From: Holophagaceae bacterium
GTDB taxonomy: Bacteria; Acidobacteriota; Holophagae; Holophagales; Holophagaceae
Direction: 5' to 3'
Assembly (NCBI GenBank): GCA_035687325.1
Contig: DASRXV010000081.1
Coordinates: 14,546-78,545, forward strand
Length of the DNA: 64,000 nucleotides
This document shows, piece by piece, positions 44,132-53,105 of the stretch. Under the pieces are notes generated by a model. It made no database searches. It was not told the origin of the DNA and worked only from the letters and a program-made list of their open reading frames with translations. The number at the start of each line of letters is the position of its first letter. Positions within the stretch are counted from its first letter, which is position 1. The translations under genes and the position numbers were made by a program.

Positions 44132-44938
44132 ATGGACGGCCAGCGCGGCATTCACAAACCCACATGGATCGCCATCGCGGTGGTGGCCTACGCGCTGGCG
44201 AACCTCGGGCATGAAGGGCTCGGGCACGGCGGGGTCTGCCTGCTCGTCCACGGCAAGCCCCAGATCCTGACCTCCCTCCATTTCGGGTGGGATGAATCCT
44301 CCGTGGGCGCGGGCGCGCGGCGCGCCGTCGCGGCGGGGGGGACGCTGGTGAATCTCGTGCTGGGCACGGCCGCCCTCCTGTTCCTGCGGGCTTGGAAGGG
44401 CGGCGCCCACGGGCGGCTCTTCCTCTGGCTCTTCCTCTGGCTCTTCATGGCCACCAACCTGTTCCAGGCCGCGGGCTACTGGATGTTCTCGGGCATCGGA
44501 AACATCGGTGACTGGGCGGAAGTGGTGAAGGGCTGGCATCCGGCCTGGGCCTGGCACGCGGGCCTCGCGGTGGCCGGAGGGCTCGCCTACGCCGGGGCCG
44601 CGAAGCTGGCGGCGGAACAGCTTCATCCCTTGCTCGGCACGGAGCATCCCATCTCCCGCGCGCGGGGCCTCGCGCTGGCCGCCTACTTCGCCGGCGGCTG
44701 CCTCTACTGCGTGTCGGGCCTCTTCAATCCGGAAGGCCTGCTGCTCGTGCTCATCTCCGGCGCGGCGGCATCCTTCGGCGGCACTTCGGGCCTGTTGTGG
44801 TTCCACGAGTTCCTGCGCCATCGTGCGCCGGGTCCCGCGCCCGCGCTGGACCTGCCCCCGCATCGGGGCTGGATGGCGGCGGGCCTCGTCACGGCGGCGC
44901 TCTTCATGAGCATGCTGGGGCGCGGCATCCGGCTCTGA
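44132..44938 (+). CDS. polytopic membrane protein with an HEGLGH motif in TM1 (possible divergent intramembrane metalloprotease; weak)
   Basis: 268 aa starting 10 nt after the SEDS gene stop, with a G-rich RBS. Contains an in-frame 12-nt tandem duplication (LFLWLFLWLF, 44417-44446). Confidence 0.6.
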   Translation: MDGQRGIHKPTWIAIAVVAYALANLGHEGLGHGGVCLLVHGKPQILTSLHFGWDESSVGAGARRAVAAGGTLVNLVLGTAALLFLRAWKGGAHGRLFLWLFLWLFMATNLFQAAGYWMFSGIGNIGDWAEVVKGWHPAWAWHAGLAVAGGLAYAGAAKLAAEQLHPLLGTEHPISRARGLALAAYFAGGCLYCVSGLFNPEGLLLVLISGAAASFGGTSGLLWFHEFLRHRAPGPAPALDLPPHRGWMAAGLVTAALFMSMLGRGIRL

Positions 44939-46006
44939 TCACCCTAGCGTCAGCGGCTCGTCGTCGTCCTCTTCCACGATCGTGATGTTGGAGGCGGCGC
45001 CCAGCAGCACGGCGTCTTCGTACATGTTCTTGAGCCGGGCGGTGTAGCGGTCGCCTTTCTGGAGGCGCGCGTCCTCGGTCATGCCGAACCCGATGCGGCG
45101 CAGGTTCGTGATGGATTCCGGCGCGCGGCCCAGGATGGCGCCCAGGAGCTTGAGCGGGTTCAGAGCAGGCGCGGCGCGGAGGGCGGTGGTGAAGCGCAGC
45201 GTGCCGTCCTCCCAGTCGATGTCGAGCACGAGAGGCCGCAGATCCAGGCGCTTGTCCTGCTTCTGGCCCTCGACCTTGCCGACCTTATCGAGGAAGAAGG
45301 TCTCCGCGGCGAGAAAGGCCGCGACGCGCGCAGGCGCGGCTGGATCATTGGAGGGCCACATCCACTTGGCGGTCTCGCAGAGCTCCGCCACCGGCGAGGC
45401 CCAGGCGGGCCGTTCATCCCAATCCAGGAGATGCAGACCATCGGGCAGACGGTGGTTCAGTCGTGCGAGCAGATCCGGCTCATCCGCGATGCCGCGCCGC
45501 AGTTGGACTTCCAGCCATTCGCCATCGCCCGCGACGCCGAAGGGCAGGGGTGGCGCGCAGGTGACAAGGGGCCGGGGGCGCTTGCCCAGATCCAGTTCCA
45601 GCGGCAGGCCTTCCAGCCGCAGCACCTCGCTGAAGAGCGTCTGCAATTCAGGCGTTCCGAAGAGGAGGGAAAGCCCCTCCTTCGCATAACGGGCGCGGGC
45701 CAGCACACGCTCGCTTTCGAGGTGGACGCGGGAAGCGCGGCGGGTTTTCGCCTTCGCCGCCATCGGCTCCAGCTTCGCGCGAAGGCCTGCATCGGTCCGC
45801 CGATGAGCGCGGACCCAGTCCAGGGCCTCCTCGGCGAGATTGGCTTCCTCGATGGCATTCAACGCAGTGGCGGGATCGCCCGCCTCAGTCAGCCCGGCGA
45901 TGGGCGCGGGCAGGCGCGCGGGCGCGGCGGTTTCGGCTGCCTTCAGCGCGGCGGCCAGGACTTCGGCCCGGTGACGCGCTGCTTGGAGATGAAGATCGTG
46001 GCTCAC
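44939..46006 (-). CDS. DUF2344/TIGR03936-like (radical-SAM-associated) protein with an N-terminal extension
   Basis: The segment RYAKEGLSLLFGTPELQTLFSEVLRLEGLPLELDLGKRPRPLVTCAPPLPFGVAGDGEWLEVQL resembles the DUF2344 core. GTG 46006 forms a GTGA overlap with the upstream esterase stop. An internal ATG is an alternative start. Confidence 0.55.
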   Translation of the reverse strand: MSHDLHLQAARHRAEVLAAALKAAETAAPARLPAPIAGLTEAGDPATALNAIEEANLAEEALDWVRAHRRTDAGLRAKLEPMAAKAKTRRASRVHLESERVLARARYAKEGLSLLFGTPELQTLFSEVLRLEGLPLELDLGKRPRPLVTCAPPLPFGVAGDGEWLEVQLRRGIADEPDLLARLNHRLPDGLHLLDWDERPAWASPVAELCETAKWMWPSNDPAAPARVAAFLAAETFFLDKVGKVEGQKQDKRLDLRPLVLDIDWEDGTLRFTTALRAAPALNPLKLLGAILGRAPESITNLRRIGFGMTEDARLQKGDRYTARLKNMYEDAVLLGAASNITIVEEDDDEPLTLG

Positions 46007-46869
46007 GGTTTCAGTGTAGACGGCAGCTCCTCCCCCGCGATCCAGGGCGCCAGCTTCTCGAAGGTCGGCGCCCAGAAAGCCCAATCGTGGTTGCCGGGCG
46101 CGAGCAGCATGGCCACGGGCGCATGGCCGCCCGCGCGGCATTTCTCCGCGAAGGCCTTCGTCATCTTCTCAAGTCCGTATTTGTCCTCGGTCCCGCAGCC
46201 CAGCACGAGTGCGGTCTCGCCGCCCAGGTGGCGCCAGGGATCCCAGGGCGCGAAGGCCTCCTGATCCAGCGGGAAGGTCCGCCGCAGCGTGGGGCGGATC
46301 CAGAATCCGGCCGACTGGAAGGGAGGCCGCACGAGAGCGGGCGACAGCGCCACGCAGCGGCTGAAGGCCGTGGTCCGGTTCGACAGGTTGAGCGCGCCGA
46401 AGGCCCCCATGCTCAACCCTGCCACGGTCCGGGCCTCCTTCGACCCGCCGTAGCCCGGATGCGCGCGTTCAAGCGCGGGCAGCAGTTCCTCCATGAGGAA
46501 GCGCTCGTAGGGAAAGCTGCCATCCTCGCGGTCCGCGTACCAGGACGTGAGATGGTCCGGCGCCACCCAGAGCGAAGGCGCCAGTTCGCCGGATTCCTCC
46601 CGAGCCGCGAGATCGCCGTAGACGCCCCGCTTGAGGAGATCCTTGGGTCCGTCATAGGCGCCGGGCAGGAAGAGCACGAGGCGCGGATGCCAGTCCGGGT
46701 GCGCGGTCTTCCACCGCGCCAGAGCCGCGTCGGACGGCACATGCACCGCGATCCGCACCTTCCGATCCAGGAGCTTGGACGGGAATTTCTCCAGGCTTCC
46801 GCCTTGGCCAGAAGCGCCCTTCGCGGCCAAGCTGAGAAGCGATACGAGCATGACGGACACGAACCTCAT
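46003..46869 (-). CDS. secreted esterase (putative esterase/enterochelin-esterase-like, alpha/beta fold)
   Basis: 288 aa. Signal peptide and GLSMGAFGA nucleophile elbow. Confidence 0.75.
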   Translation of the reverse strand: MRFVSVMLVSLLSLAAKGASGQGGSLEKFPSKLLDRKVRIAVHVPSDAALARWKTAHPDWHPRLVLFLPGAYDGPKDLLKRGVYGDLAAREESGELAPSLWVAPDHLTSWYADREDGSFPYERFLMEELLPALERAHPGYGGSKEARTVAGLSMGAFGALNLSNRTTAFSRCVALSPALVRPPFQSAGFWIRPTLRRTFPLDQEAFAPWDPWRHLGGETALVLGCGTEDKYGLEKMTKAFAEKCRAGGHAPVAMLLAPGNHDWAFWAPTFEKLAPWIAGEELPSTLKP

Positions 46870-47557
46870 CCCACCCCTCCCGGAGGCCTGGCCCTACCAG
46901 CCTCGCACAGCGCTGCCCGCGTTGGAGACCCGCGCGGGTGTGGAAATCCCGGGCTTGGCAGGCCGATGGACGCTGGAAGGATGCCTAGAGGATCTCGCAG
47001 GTGAGGGGCGCGAACTGGAAGACGCCTTCGGCCGCGGCGGCACGCGGCGATTGGGCGATGTCGTGCTGCGCCCCTACCGGCGCGGCGGCTGGATGGCGAA
47101 GGTGAACGGCCGCGTCTATGCGTCCGCTACAAGATTCCGTAACGAGTTGATGGTGCACCGGGCGCTGTGGGGGGCGGGCTTCCCCACCGTGGAGCCGCTA
47201 GGCCTCGCGTGGCGCGGAGCGGGGCTGGGCGTGGAGGGCCTCTTCCTCACACGTTTCACGGAAGCGAAGCCCTGGCCCTCGGATTGGTCCGCGCCGCTGC
47301 TTCCGGATTTGAGGGAGGCGCTGGCCACGCTGGATGCCTGGGGCCTCTACGCGCCGGACCTCAACGCCACGAATGTGATGTGGGGAACATCAGGCCTGAT
47401 CCTGCTGGACTGGGACCGCGCGGCATGGAGCGGCGGATCGCTGCTCCCGCGCTATCACGCGCGGCTTGCGCGGAGCTTGGCCAAACTGGGGGCGCCGGAT
47501 GCTCTCCGTGGCGCGCTGGATCAGGGCTTCCTGGGTAAGGGCTGCTCCAGGTCGTAG
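46850..47557 (+). CDS. lipopolysaccharide kinase (Kdo/WaaP/InaA) family protein
   Basis: 235 aa. VLRPYRRGG, NELMVHRAL, and a catalytic-loop-like APDLNATNVMW ... LLDWDRA. Confidence 0.65.
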   Translation: MTDTNLIPPLPEAWPYQPRTALPALETRAGVEIPGLAGRWTLEGCLEDLAGEGRELEDAFGRGGTRRLGDVVLRPYRRGGWMAKVNGRVYASATRFRNELMVHRALWGAGFPTVEPLGLAWRGAGLGVEGLFLTRFTEAKPWPSDWSAPLLPDLREALATLDAWGLYAPDLNATNVMWGTSGLILLDWDRAAWSGGSLLPRYHARLARSLAKLGAPDALRGALDQGFLGKGCSRS

Positions 47558-48348
47558 AGCAGGCGCCAGTCTGCGCCGGGCCGCACCCACACATGCAGGT
47601 AGCTCACCTGGCCGCCATCGGCGGCGGTGGCGAAGCCCCAGGTGTAGCCGAGATCCTGGGCTTTGGAGACCCCTGCGCCTTGGGGCTCAAAGCGGCGGGT
47701 GGGCTCTTTGGATAAGAGGTCCACCACCGCTGTGCGGTTTTCCAGCGGCAGGGCGCGCGTGCGGTAGACCGTGGCGCCGAAAGCCAGGGCCTGGGCGATG
47801 CTTCGGCCATCCGAAAGGAGCTGATCCGCCGCTTTCAAAGCGGCGGCGCCGTTTCCAGTGGGGGGAGGAGCCGAGGGCAGATAGCTGCTCCAAGCTTCCG
47901 GTTCCGCGCGAGCCGCGTGGGACACGCCGCAGTCGAAGGCCACCTTCCAGGCTCCATCCGCCTGCTTCGCCCAGATGGAGAGGTAGTGCCCTTGCACGAT
48001 GGGCGCGGCGTCCTTCGTGGCGCGGTATTCCCAGGGGCCGGTGCTGTAAGCGAGGTCACCGCTGGCTGAGAGGCCGACCCAGGTGGGCCGCCAGCTCAGG
48101 AAGCTGGGATCTTTCTCAGCGGCGTAATGGGAGCGGGCGTCGGTCGGCTCGGGATTGAGGATCAGCGAACCTTCCCCGAAATTCGCCAGGAAGGAGGCGG
48201 AGATGCCCTTCTCGGATGCGAGCCTGGCGAAGGCCAGCTCGGCGTTGGCGACATCGGCGGGGGACTGACCATGGATCTCTGGCAGCGCATGCGCTGCCAG
48301 AGGCGCCACGCAGGCCGCGCAAAGCAGAGCGGGGAACCATTTGCGCAC
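47521..48348 (-). CDS. secreted protein with two SnoaL/DUF4440-like (NTF2-fold) repeats
   Basis: 275 aa. Signal peptide, then two repeats each ending in the pattern G.YL..W.K..DG.WKV (YLSIWAKQADGAWKV and YLHVWVRPGADWRL). GTG start. Confidence 0.65.
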   Translation of the reverse strand: MRKWFPALLCAACVAPLAAHALPEIHGQSPADVANAELAFARLASEKGISASFLANFGEGSLILNPEPTDARSHYAAEKDPSFLSWRPTWVGLSASGDLAYSTGPWEYRATKDAAPIVQGHYLSIWAKQADGAWKVAFDCGVSHAARAEPEAWSSYLPSAPPPTGNGAAALKAADQLLSDGRSIAQALAFGATVYRTRALPLENRTAVVDLLSKEPTRRFEPQGAGVSKAQDLGYTWGFATAADGGQVSYLHVWVRPGADWRLLYDLEQPLPRKP

Positions 48349-48393
48349 GGAGTCTCCAGGAACTTGGAGGCAGCCTAGCGCATTCCGGGCTGC

Positions 48394-48798
48394 TCAAGCG
48401 CTGAGGACCTTGTTCTGCTTCCGGGCGCGATGCTGCTCCACCTCGCCCATGTGCTCCACGGCCCAGGCGCACAGGCCCTTGAGCGGCTCCTGCAGTGTGC
48501 GGCCCAGGGGCGTCAGCTCGTACTCCGTGCGCGGCGGCACGACGGGGAAGACGGTGCGTTTCACGAGGCCGTCCTCCTCCAGGCGGCGGAGCGTTTGCGT
48601 GAGCATCTTCTGGCTGATGCCGCCGATGGCCTTCTGCAGCTCGCCATAGCGCTTGGTGCCGTCGGAGAGGAGGTAAATGACGAGCGTCGTCCACTTGTCG
48701 GCCACGAGATCCAGCACCCGCCGCGTGGGGCAGGTGGCGCTCATGAGGTCGCCGGAGAGGTTGCCGCAGTTCCCTTCGTTGATGGCCTTGGTCACCAT
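48394..48798 (-). CDS. HxlR family (MarR/DUF24) transcriptional regulator
   Basis: CPTRRVLDLVADKWTTLVIYLLSDGTKRYGELQKAIGGISQKMLTQTLRRLEEDGLVKR is the HxlR wHTH core. ATG 48798; ATG 48744 is an alternative start. Confidence 0.85.
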   Translation of the reverse strand: MVTKAINEGNCGNLSGDLMSATCPTRRVLDLVADKWTTLVIYLLSDGTKRYGELQKAIGGISQKMLTQTLRRLEEDGLVKRTVFPVVPPRTEYELTPLGRTLQEPLKGLCAWAVEHMGEVEQHRARKQNKVLSA

Positions 48799-48799
48799 T

Positions 48800-48836
48800 A
48801 GGTGCCTACCTTTGAAAAAGGTGCCTACTTTCAAAA
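48800..48836. promoter_or_regulatory. 19-bp direct repeat AGGTGCCTAC(C/T)TT(T/C)(G)AAAA x2 in the hxlR/flavodoxin divergent region (candidate operator)
   Basis: AGGTGCCTACCTTTGAAAA (48800-18) is followed immediately by AGGTGCCTACTTTCAAAA (48819-36). Read directly. Confidence 0.55.
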
Positions 48837-48902
48837 CGAATGTAAGCATCCAACCATTGTGCCACGGGCGAACCGATTGCAACAGTCCGTAAGGAGAATC
48901 CA

Positions 48903-49451
48903 ATGAGCAAGGTATCTATTGTTTTCCACAGTGGTTACGGCCACACCAAGGTTGTGGCCGAAGCCGTGGCCCGGGGAGTCGCCTCGGTTCCAGGGGTCGA
49001 GGCTGTCCTCATCCCGGTGGACGAGATCGAATCCCATTGGAGGACCCTTGAGGCCAGCGATGCCATCGCCTTCGGCAGCCCCACCTACATGGGCAATGTG
49101 AGCGGGCCTTTCAAGACCTTCATGGATCAGAGCTCCAAGGCTTGGTTCGAGCAGAAGTGGAAGGACAAGCTGGCTGCGGGCTTCACCATCAGCGGCAGCC
49201 CCAGCGGCGACAAATTGAACACGATCCAGAGCCTCATGATCTTCGCCATGCAGCACGGCATGATCTGGGTGGGCAACGCCGAGACGATTCAGCCTGAGGG
49301 CATCAACCGCCTGGGCAGCTTCTCCGGCGTCATGGCCCAGGCCGGGCAGGTTCCCCCTGAACAGGAGCCCAATGAGGCTGATCGCGCGACCGCCGAAGCT
49401 CTGGGCCGCCGTCTGGCCGAAGCCACCCGCCGCTGGGCCAAGACGGCTTGA
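48903..49451 (+). CDS. flavodoxin-like NAD(P)H:quinone oxidoreductase (WrbA-like)
   Basis: 182 aa. Strong RBS AAGGAG. SIVFHSGYGHT and FGSPTYMGNVSG flavodoxin-fold motifs. Confidence 0.85.
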   Translation: MSKVSIVFHSGYGHTKVVAEAVARGVASVPGVEAVLIPVDEIESHWRTLEASDAIAFGSPTYMGNVSGPFKTFMDQSSKAWFEQKWKDKLAAGFTISGSPSGDKLNTIQSLMIFAMQHGMIWVGNAETIQPEGINRLGSFSGVMAQAGQVPPEQEPNEADRATAEALGRRLAEATRRWAKTA

Positions 49452-49498
49452 TAGCGCCCGAGATCACCATCAAGGACAACCAGGAGAAAGGGAACGCC

Positions 49499-49819
49499 AT
49501 GTCCACACTCGTGAAGCACCTCTCCGACGCCGACTTCAAGGCGTCTGTCGCCACCGGCGCCACGCTGGTGGATTTCTGGGCCCCCTGGTGCGGCCCCTGC
49601 AAGGCCATCGCCCCTGTGCTCGACGAGCTCGCGGGGGAGTACGATGGCAGGCTCGCCATCGCCAAGGTGAATGTGGATGAACAACCCGCCACCGCTGAGG
49701 CTTTCGGCATCATGAGCATCCCCACCATGATCCTCTTCAAAGACGGCAAGCCCATCGGCAAGCTGGTGGGGGCCCTTCCCAAGGCCCAGATCAAGAAGTT
49801 CCTGGAAGGAGCGGCCTGA
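49499..49819 (+). CDS. trxA: thioredoxin
   Basis: 106 aa. The WAPWCGPCK active site is present. RBS GGAGAAAGGG. Confidence 0.95.
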   Translation: MSTLVKHLSDADFKASVATGATLVDFWAPWCGPCKAIAPVLDELAGEYDGRLAIAKVNVDEQPATAEAFGIMSIPTMILFKDGKPIGKLVGALPKAQIKKFLEGAA

Positions 49820-50523
49820 TGGATCTCCGCGGCGCGAAAGTCCTGATCACCGGCGGCAGTTCGGGCATCGGGCTGGAGACGGCCCGGCTGCTTAGCGCCT
49901 CCGGCGCCAGGGTCGCCATCACGGGACGGGATGAGGAGAAGCTCCGCCACGCCGCGGACGAACTGAAGGCGCACGCCATCCAGGCGGATGTTTCCAGGCC
50001 GGAGGATGTGGCGCGGATGGTGGATGACACCGTCCGCGCCTTCGGCTCTTTCAATGTGCTCATCAACAACGCCGGGCTTGGCCATTTCGCGCCCCTGGTG
50101 GAGCTGGAGATGGCGGACTTCCGCCGCATCATGGAAACCAATGTCTTCGGCGCCATGCTGGCCGCCCAGGCTGCGGCGAAGCATTTCATCGCTGGAAGCA
50201 AAGGCGGCAACATCATCAACATCGCCTCCACCGCGGGGCAGCGCGGTTTCGCGGGCGGCACGGCCTACACCGCCACGAAGTTCGCCTTGAGCGCCATGAC
50301 CGAATGCTGGCGCGCGGAGCTGCGCGCGCACGATATCCGCGTCATGCAGGTGAACCCCTCTGAAGTCCTCACGGACTTCCAGGCCCGCCAAGGACGCCAG
50401 CAGCAGGTGAACGAGACCAAGCTGCGGGGCGCTGAGATCGCCCACGCCATCAAGGCCATGCTCGAAATGGACGACCGGGGATTCGTGACGGATCTCACGG
50501 TCTGGGCGACCAACCCGAAATGA
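49819..50523 (+). CDS. SDR family oxidoreductase
   Basis: 234 aa. TGGSSGIG, NNAG, YTATK catalytic tetrad context. ATGA-type overlap with the trxA stop. Confidence 0.85.
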   Translation: MDLRGAKVLITGGSSGIGLETARLLSASGARVAITGRDEEKLRHAADELKAHAIQADVSRPEDVARMVDDTVRAFGSFNVLINNAGLGHFAPLVELEMADFRRIMETNVFGAMLAAQAAAKHFIAGSKGGNIINIASTAGQRGFAGGTAYTATKFALSAMTECWRAELRAHDIRVMQVNPSEVLTDFQARQGRQQQVNETKLRGAEIAHAIKAMLEMDDRGFVTDLTVWATNPK

Positions 50524-50536
50524 AATGGAGAACGCC

Positions 50537-51187
50537 ATGAAGCTCGCGCTCATCGGTCCCACCGGCCAGGTCGGCAGCCGCCTGCTCGACGAAGCCCTCC
50601 GCCGCGGCCACGCCGTCACAGCCCTCTCCCGCCATCCTGAAAAGCTGGCATCGCGACCAGGGCTCACGGTGGTGAAGGCGGATGTCTATGACGCCTCGCA
50701 GGTCTCATCCACCGTGGCTGGCCATGACGCGGTGCTGGACGCCTTCAATCCTGGCTGGGGCGATCCCGACATCCGCGCCCATTTCATGAAAGGCACGAGG
50801 GCCATCCTGGATGGCGTGAAGCGGTCCGGCGTGAAACGGATTCTCGTCGTGGGCGGCGCTGGCAGCCTTTTCGTGGCGCCCGGCGTCCAGCTCGTGGACA
50901 CGCCAGGCTTTCCCGCCGAGTGGAAGGAAGGCGCCATGGGAGCCCGCGAGGCGCTGAAGGTCATCCAAGGAGAGGGCGCGCTGGACTGGACCTTCATCTC
51001 ACCCCCGGTGTTCCTGGAGACTCATGGCGGCCAGCGCACGGGCGCCTACCGCCTGGGCGGTGACGAGGTGCTCATGGATGGCGGCAAACCCGCCGGCATC
51101 TCCGTGGAGGATCTCGCCATCGCGATCCTGGATGAGGCGGAGAAGCCCGCCCATATCCGCAAGCGCTTCACGGCCGCCCGCGTCTGA
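50537..51187 (+). CDS. NAD(P)H-binding protein (NmrA/atypical SDR-like)
   Basis: IGPTGQVGSRLL Rossmann motif. ATG 50537 with GGAG 6 nt upstream. Confidence 0.8.
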   Translation: MKLALIGPTGQVGSRLLDEALRRGHAVTALSRHPEKLASRPGLTVVKADVYDASQVSSTVAGHDAVLDAFNPGWGDPDIRAHFMKGTRAILDGVKRSGVKRILVVGGAGSLFVAPGVQLVDTPGFPAEWKEGAMGAREALKVIQGEGALDWTFISPPVFLETHGGQRTGAYRLGGDEVLMDGGKPAGISVEDLAIAILDEAEKPAHIRKRFTAARV

Positions 51188-51198
51188 AGGAGGACACC

Positions 51199-51837
51199 AT
51201 GAAGATCGGCATTCTCGGTTCTGGAAGCGTGGCGCAGACGCTGGGCGCCGGATTCCTCGCCAAAGGACATGAGGTCCGTCTGGGCACCCGGGACACTTCC
51301 AAATTGAAGGACTGGGTCTCGGGCGCGGGGAAGGGCGCCAGCGCGGGTTCCTTCTCGGAGGCCGCGGCCTTCGGCGGCATCGTCTTCCTTTGCACCCTGG
51401 GCGAAGGCGCGCTGGAAGCCCTGAAACTGGCTGGCGCGGACAACCTGCGAGACAAGGTCCTGGTGGATGTGACGAATCCTCTGGATTTCTCCGGCGGTGT
51501 GCCGCCGCACTACGCGGCCATGCTGGGCAACTCCCTGGGCGAGCAGGTCCAGCGCGCCCACCCGGAAGCGAGGGTCGTGAAGGCCTTCAACACCATCGCG
51601 GCCCAGATCATGGTCAGCCCCCAGCGGGAGGAGGGCCTGCCCACGCTCACGATCTGCGGCGAAGACGCGGCCGCCAAAGCGGAGGTCACCAAGCTGGCCG
51701 AGGCCTTCGGTTGGGAGGTCGCAGATCTTGGCGGCATCGACATGGCCTACTGGAATGAGGCGCTGGCCATGGTCTGGATCCTTTATGGATTCAAGAACAA
51801 CCACTGGACCCATGCCTTCAAGCTGCTGAAGAAGTGA
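51199..51837 (+). CDS. NADPH-dependent F420 reductase-like/ProC-like dinucleotide-binding oxidoreductase
   Basis: 212 aa. IGILGSGSVAQTLG Rossmann motif, with family-like length and C-terminal segment. Confidence 0.7.
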   Translation: MKIGILGSGSVAQTLGAGFLAKGHEVRLGTRDTSKLKDWVSGAGKGASAGSFSEAAAFGGIVFLCTLGEGALEALKLAGADNLRDKVLVDVTNPLDFSGGVPPHYAAMLGNSLGEQVQRAHPEARVVKAFNTIAAQIMVSPQREEGLPTLTICGEDAAAKAEVTKLAEAFGWEVADLGGIDMAYWNEALAMVWILYGFKNNHWTHAFKLLKK

Positions 51838-51874
51838 GGCGTCCGGGAGTAATCTGATGGCTGGAGGTTCCCGC

Positions 51875-52522
51875 ATGTCCGCACCCCTCACCGTCATCGT
51901 GGGCATGGGCCCCGGCATGGGCATGGCCCTGGCCCGCCGCTTCGGCCGCGAAGGGCACCGGCTCGGACTCTTGGCCCGGCGGGCGGACGCGCTCCAGACG
52001 CTCGTGGACCAGTTGAAGGCCGAAGGGCTGGATGTCCACGGCCACGCGGTGGACGCGGGAGATCCGGCGGCCGTGAAGAAAACGCTGGCCCACGCGGAGC
52101 CTGAAGTCCTCATCTACAACGCTTCCATCTTCCGCGAGGCCACGCCGAGCCAGCTGGACCCGGAAGAGCTCGTCGCCGAGTTCCGCGCCATGGCCGGGGG
52201 CTTCCTGGCCTCAATACAAGCGGTGCTGCCGGGCATGAAGAAGCGGGACCGGGGGACGATCCTCCTCACGGGCGGCGGAAGCGCGCTCACGCCCTTCGCC
52301 AGCGGCGCCTCGCTCTCTGTAGGCAAGGCCGCCCAGCGCAGCCTGTTGCTGAGCCTGGCGCAGGAGCTGGGCGGCACCGGCGTCCACGCCGCCACCATCA
52401 CCATCTGCGGCATGATCCAGGAAGGCACGCCCTTCGATCCGCAGAAGCTGGCGGAGCAGTTCTGGCAGCTCCACGCCCAGCCGCGCGGCTCCTTCGAGGT
52501 GGAGCGCGTTTTCAAGGGGTGA
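51875..52522 (+). CDS. SDR family oxidoreductase
   Basis: VGMGPGMGMALARRF glycine-rich motif. ATG 51875 with GGAGG 7 nt upstream; ATG 51857 is an alternative start. Confidence 0.75.
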   Translation: MSAPLTVIVGMGPGMGMALARRFGREGHRLGLLARRADALQTLVDQLKAEGLDVHGHAVDAGDPAAVKKTLAHAEPEVLIYNASIFREATPSQLDPEELVAEFRAMAGGFLASIQAVLPGMKKRDRGTILLTGGGSALTPFASGASLSVGKAAQRSLLLSLAQELGGTGVHAATITICGMIQEGTPFDPQKLAEQFWQLHAQPRGSFEVERVFKG

Positions 52523-52577
52523 ACCGGCCCTGCGTTCACGAAGGCGGGTCCGAAATGCCAGCGCGTGGCACGAAAAT

Positions 52578-53105
52578 TCAGTTGGCGTCGGTGATGTACC
52601 CGAAGCCCCAAAGTTCGGCGGCCTGGAGGCTGAGGCCTTGGGGCGTGTCGGACATCAGGCCCAGGCTCGGGCCGTTCGGCTGCCCAAAGGCTAATCCGGC
52701 CGTAAGGCTACGGACCGTTGTCACAGTCTGGCGGCCAGCCTTGATTTCGTAAGGGCAGATCGCCAGGGACGCTCCGTTCGGGAAGTATTCCATGAGCTGG
52801 CCATCCACATCGTAGGTGACGCGATTGAGGAGGAACTGGGTTACGGAGAAATCCTTCAGCACCAGCATTTTTCCTGTGGGGATCCTCCAGTCGTTCGCGA
52901 CGGAGCCGTCGCTGAAATAGGCATCCATGCCCTGGAACCGGGAAGCGTTGGTATCCGCGACCGTGTGGAACAAGATCATCACGGGCTGCCCCTGGGAGAC
53001 GACTTGCGCGCGGGGGAGAGGCCGGGGGACCGGATGGAACTGGGCCGAGACCGGAAGACTCGCGAGGACCAACAGAAGAGAAGGAAGAACCTTGGAGCGG
53101 TGCAT
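52578..53105 (-). CDS. secreted hypothetical protein (175 aa)
   Basis: ATG 53105 with an AAAGGAGAG RBS. Signal peptide MHRSKVLPSLLLVLASLPVSAQ. No motif recognised. Composition looks visibly more A/T-rich than the neighbours. Confidence 0.55.
   Translation of the reverse strand: MHRSKVLPSLLLVLASLPVSAQFHPVPRPLPRAQVVSQGQPVMILFHTVADTNASRFQGMDAYFSDGSVANDWRIPTGKMLVLKDFSVTQFLLNRVTYDVDGQLMEYFPNGASLAICPYEIKAGRQTVTTVRSLTAGLAFGQPNGPSLGLMSDTPQGLSLQAAELWGFGYITDAN

Noticed and set aside
44417-44446. 12-nt tandem duplication CTCTTCCTCTGG x2.5 inside the HEGLGH membrane protein gene.
   Set aside because: It is in frame (LFLW LFLW LF) within a TM helix and is probably a simple slippage duplication. It is noted in the feature entry but not treated as a separate element.
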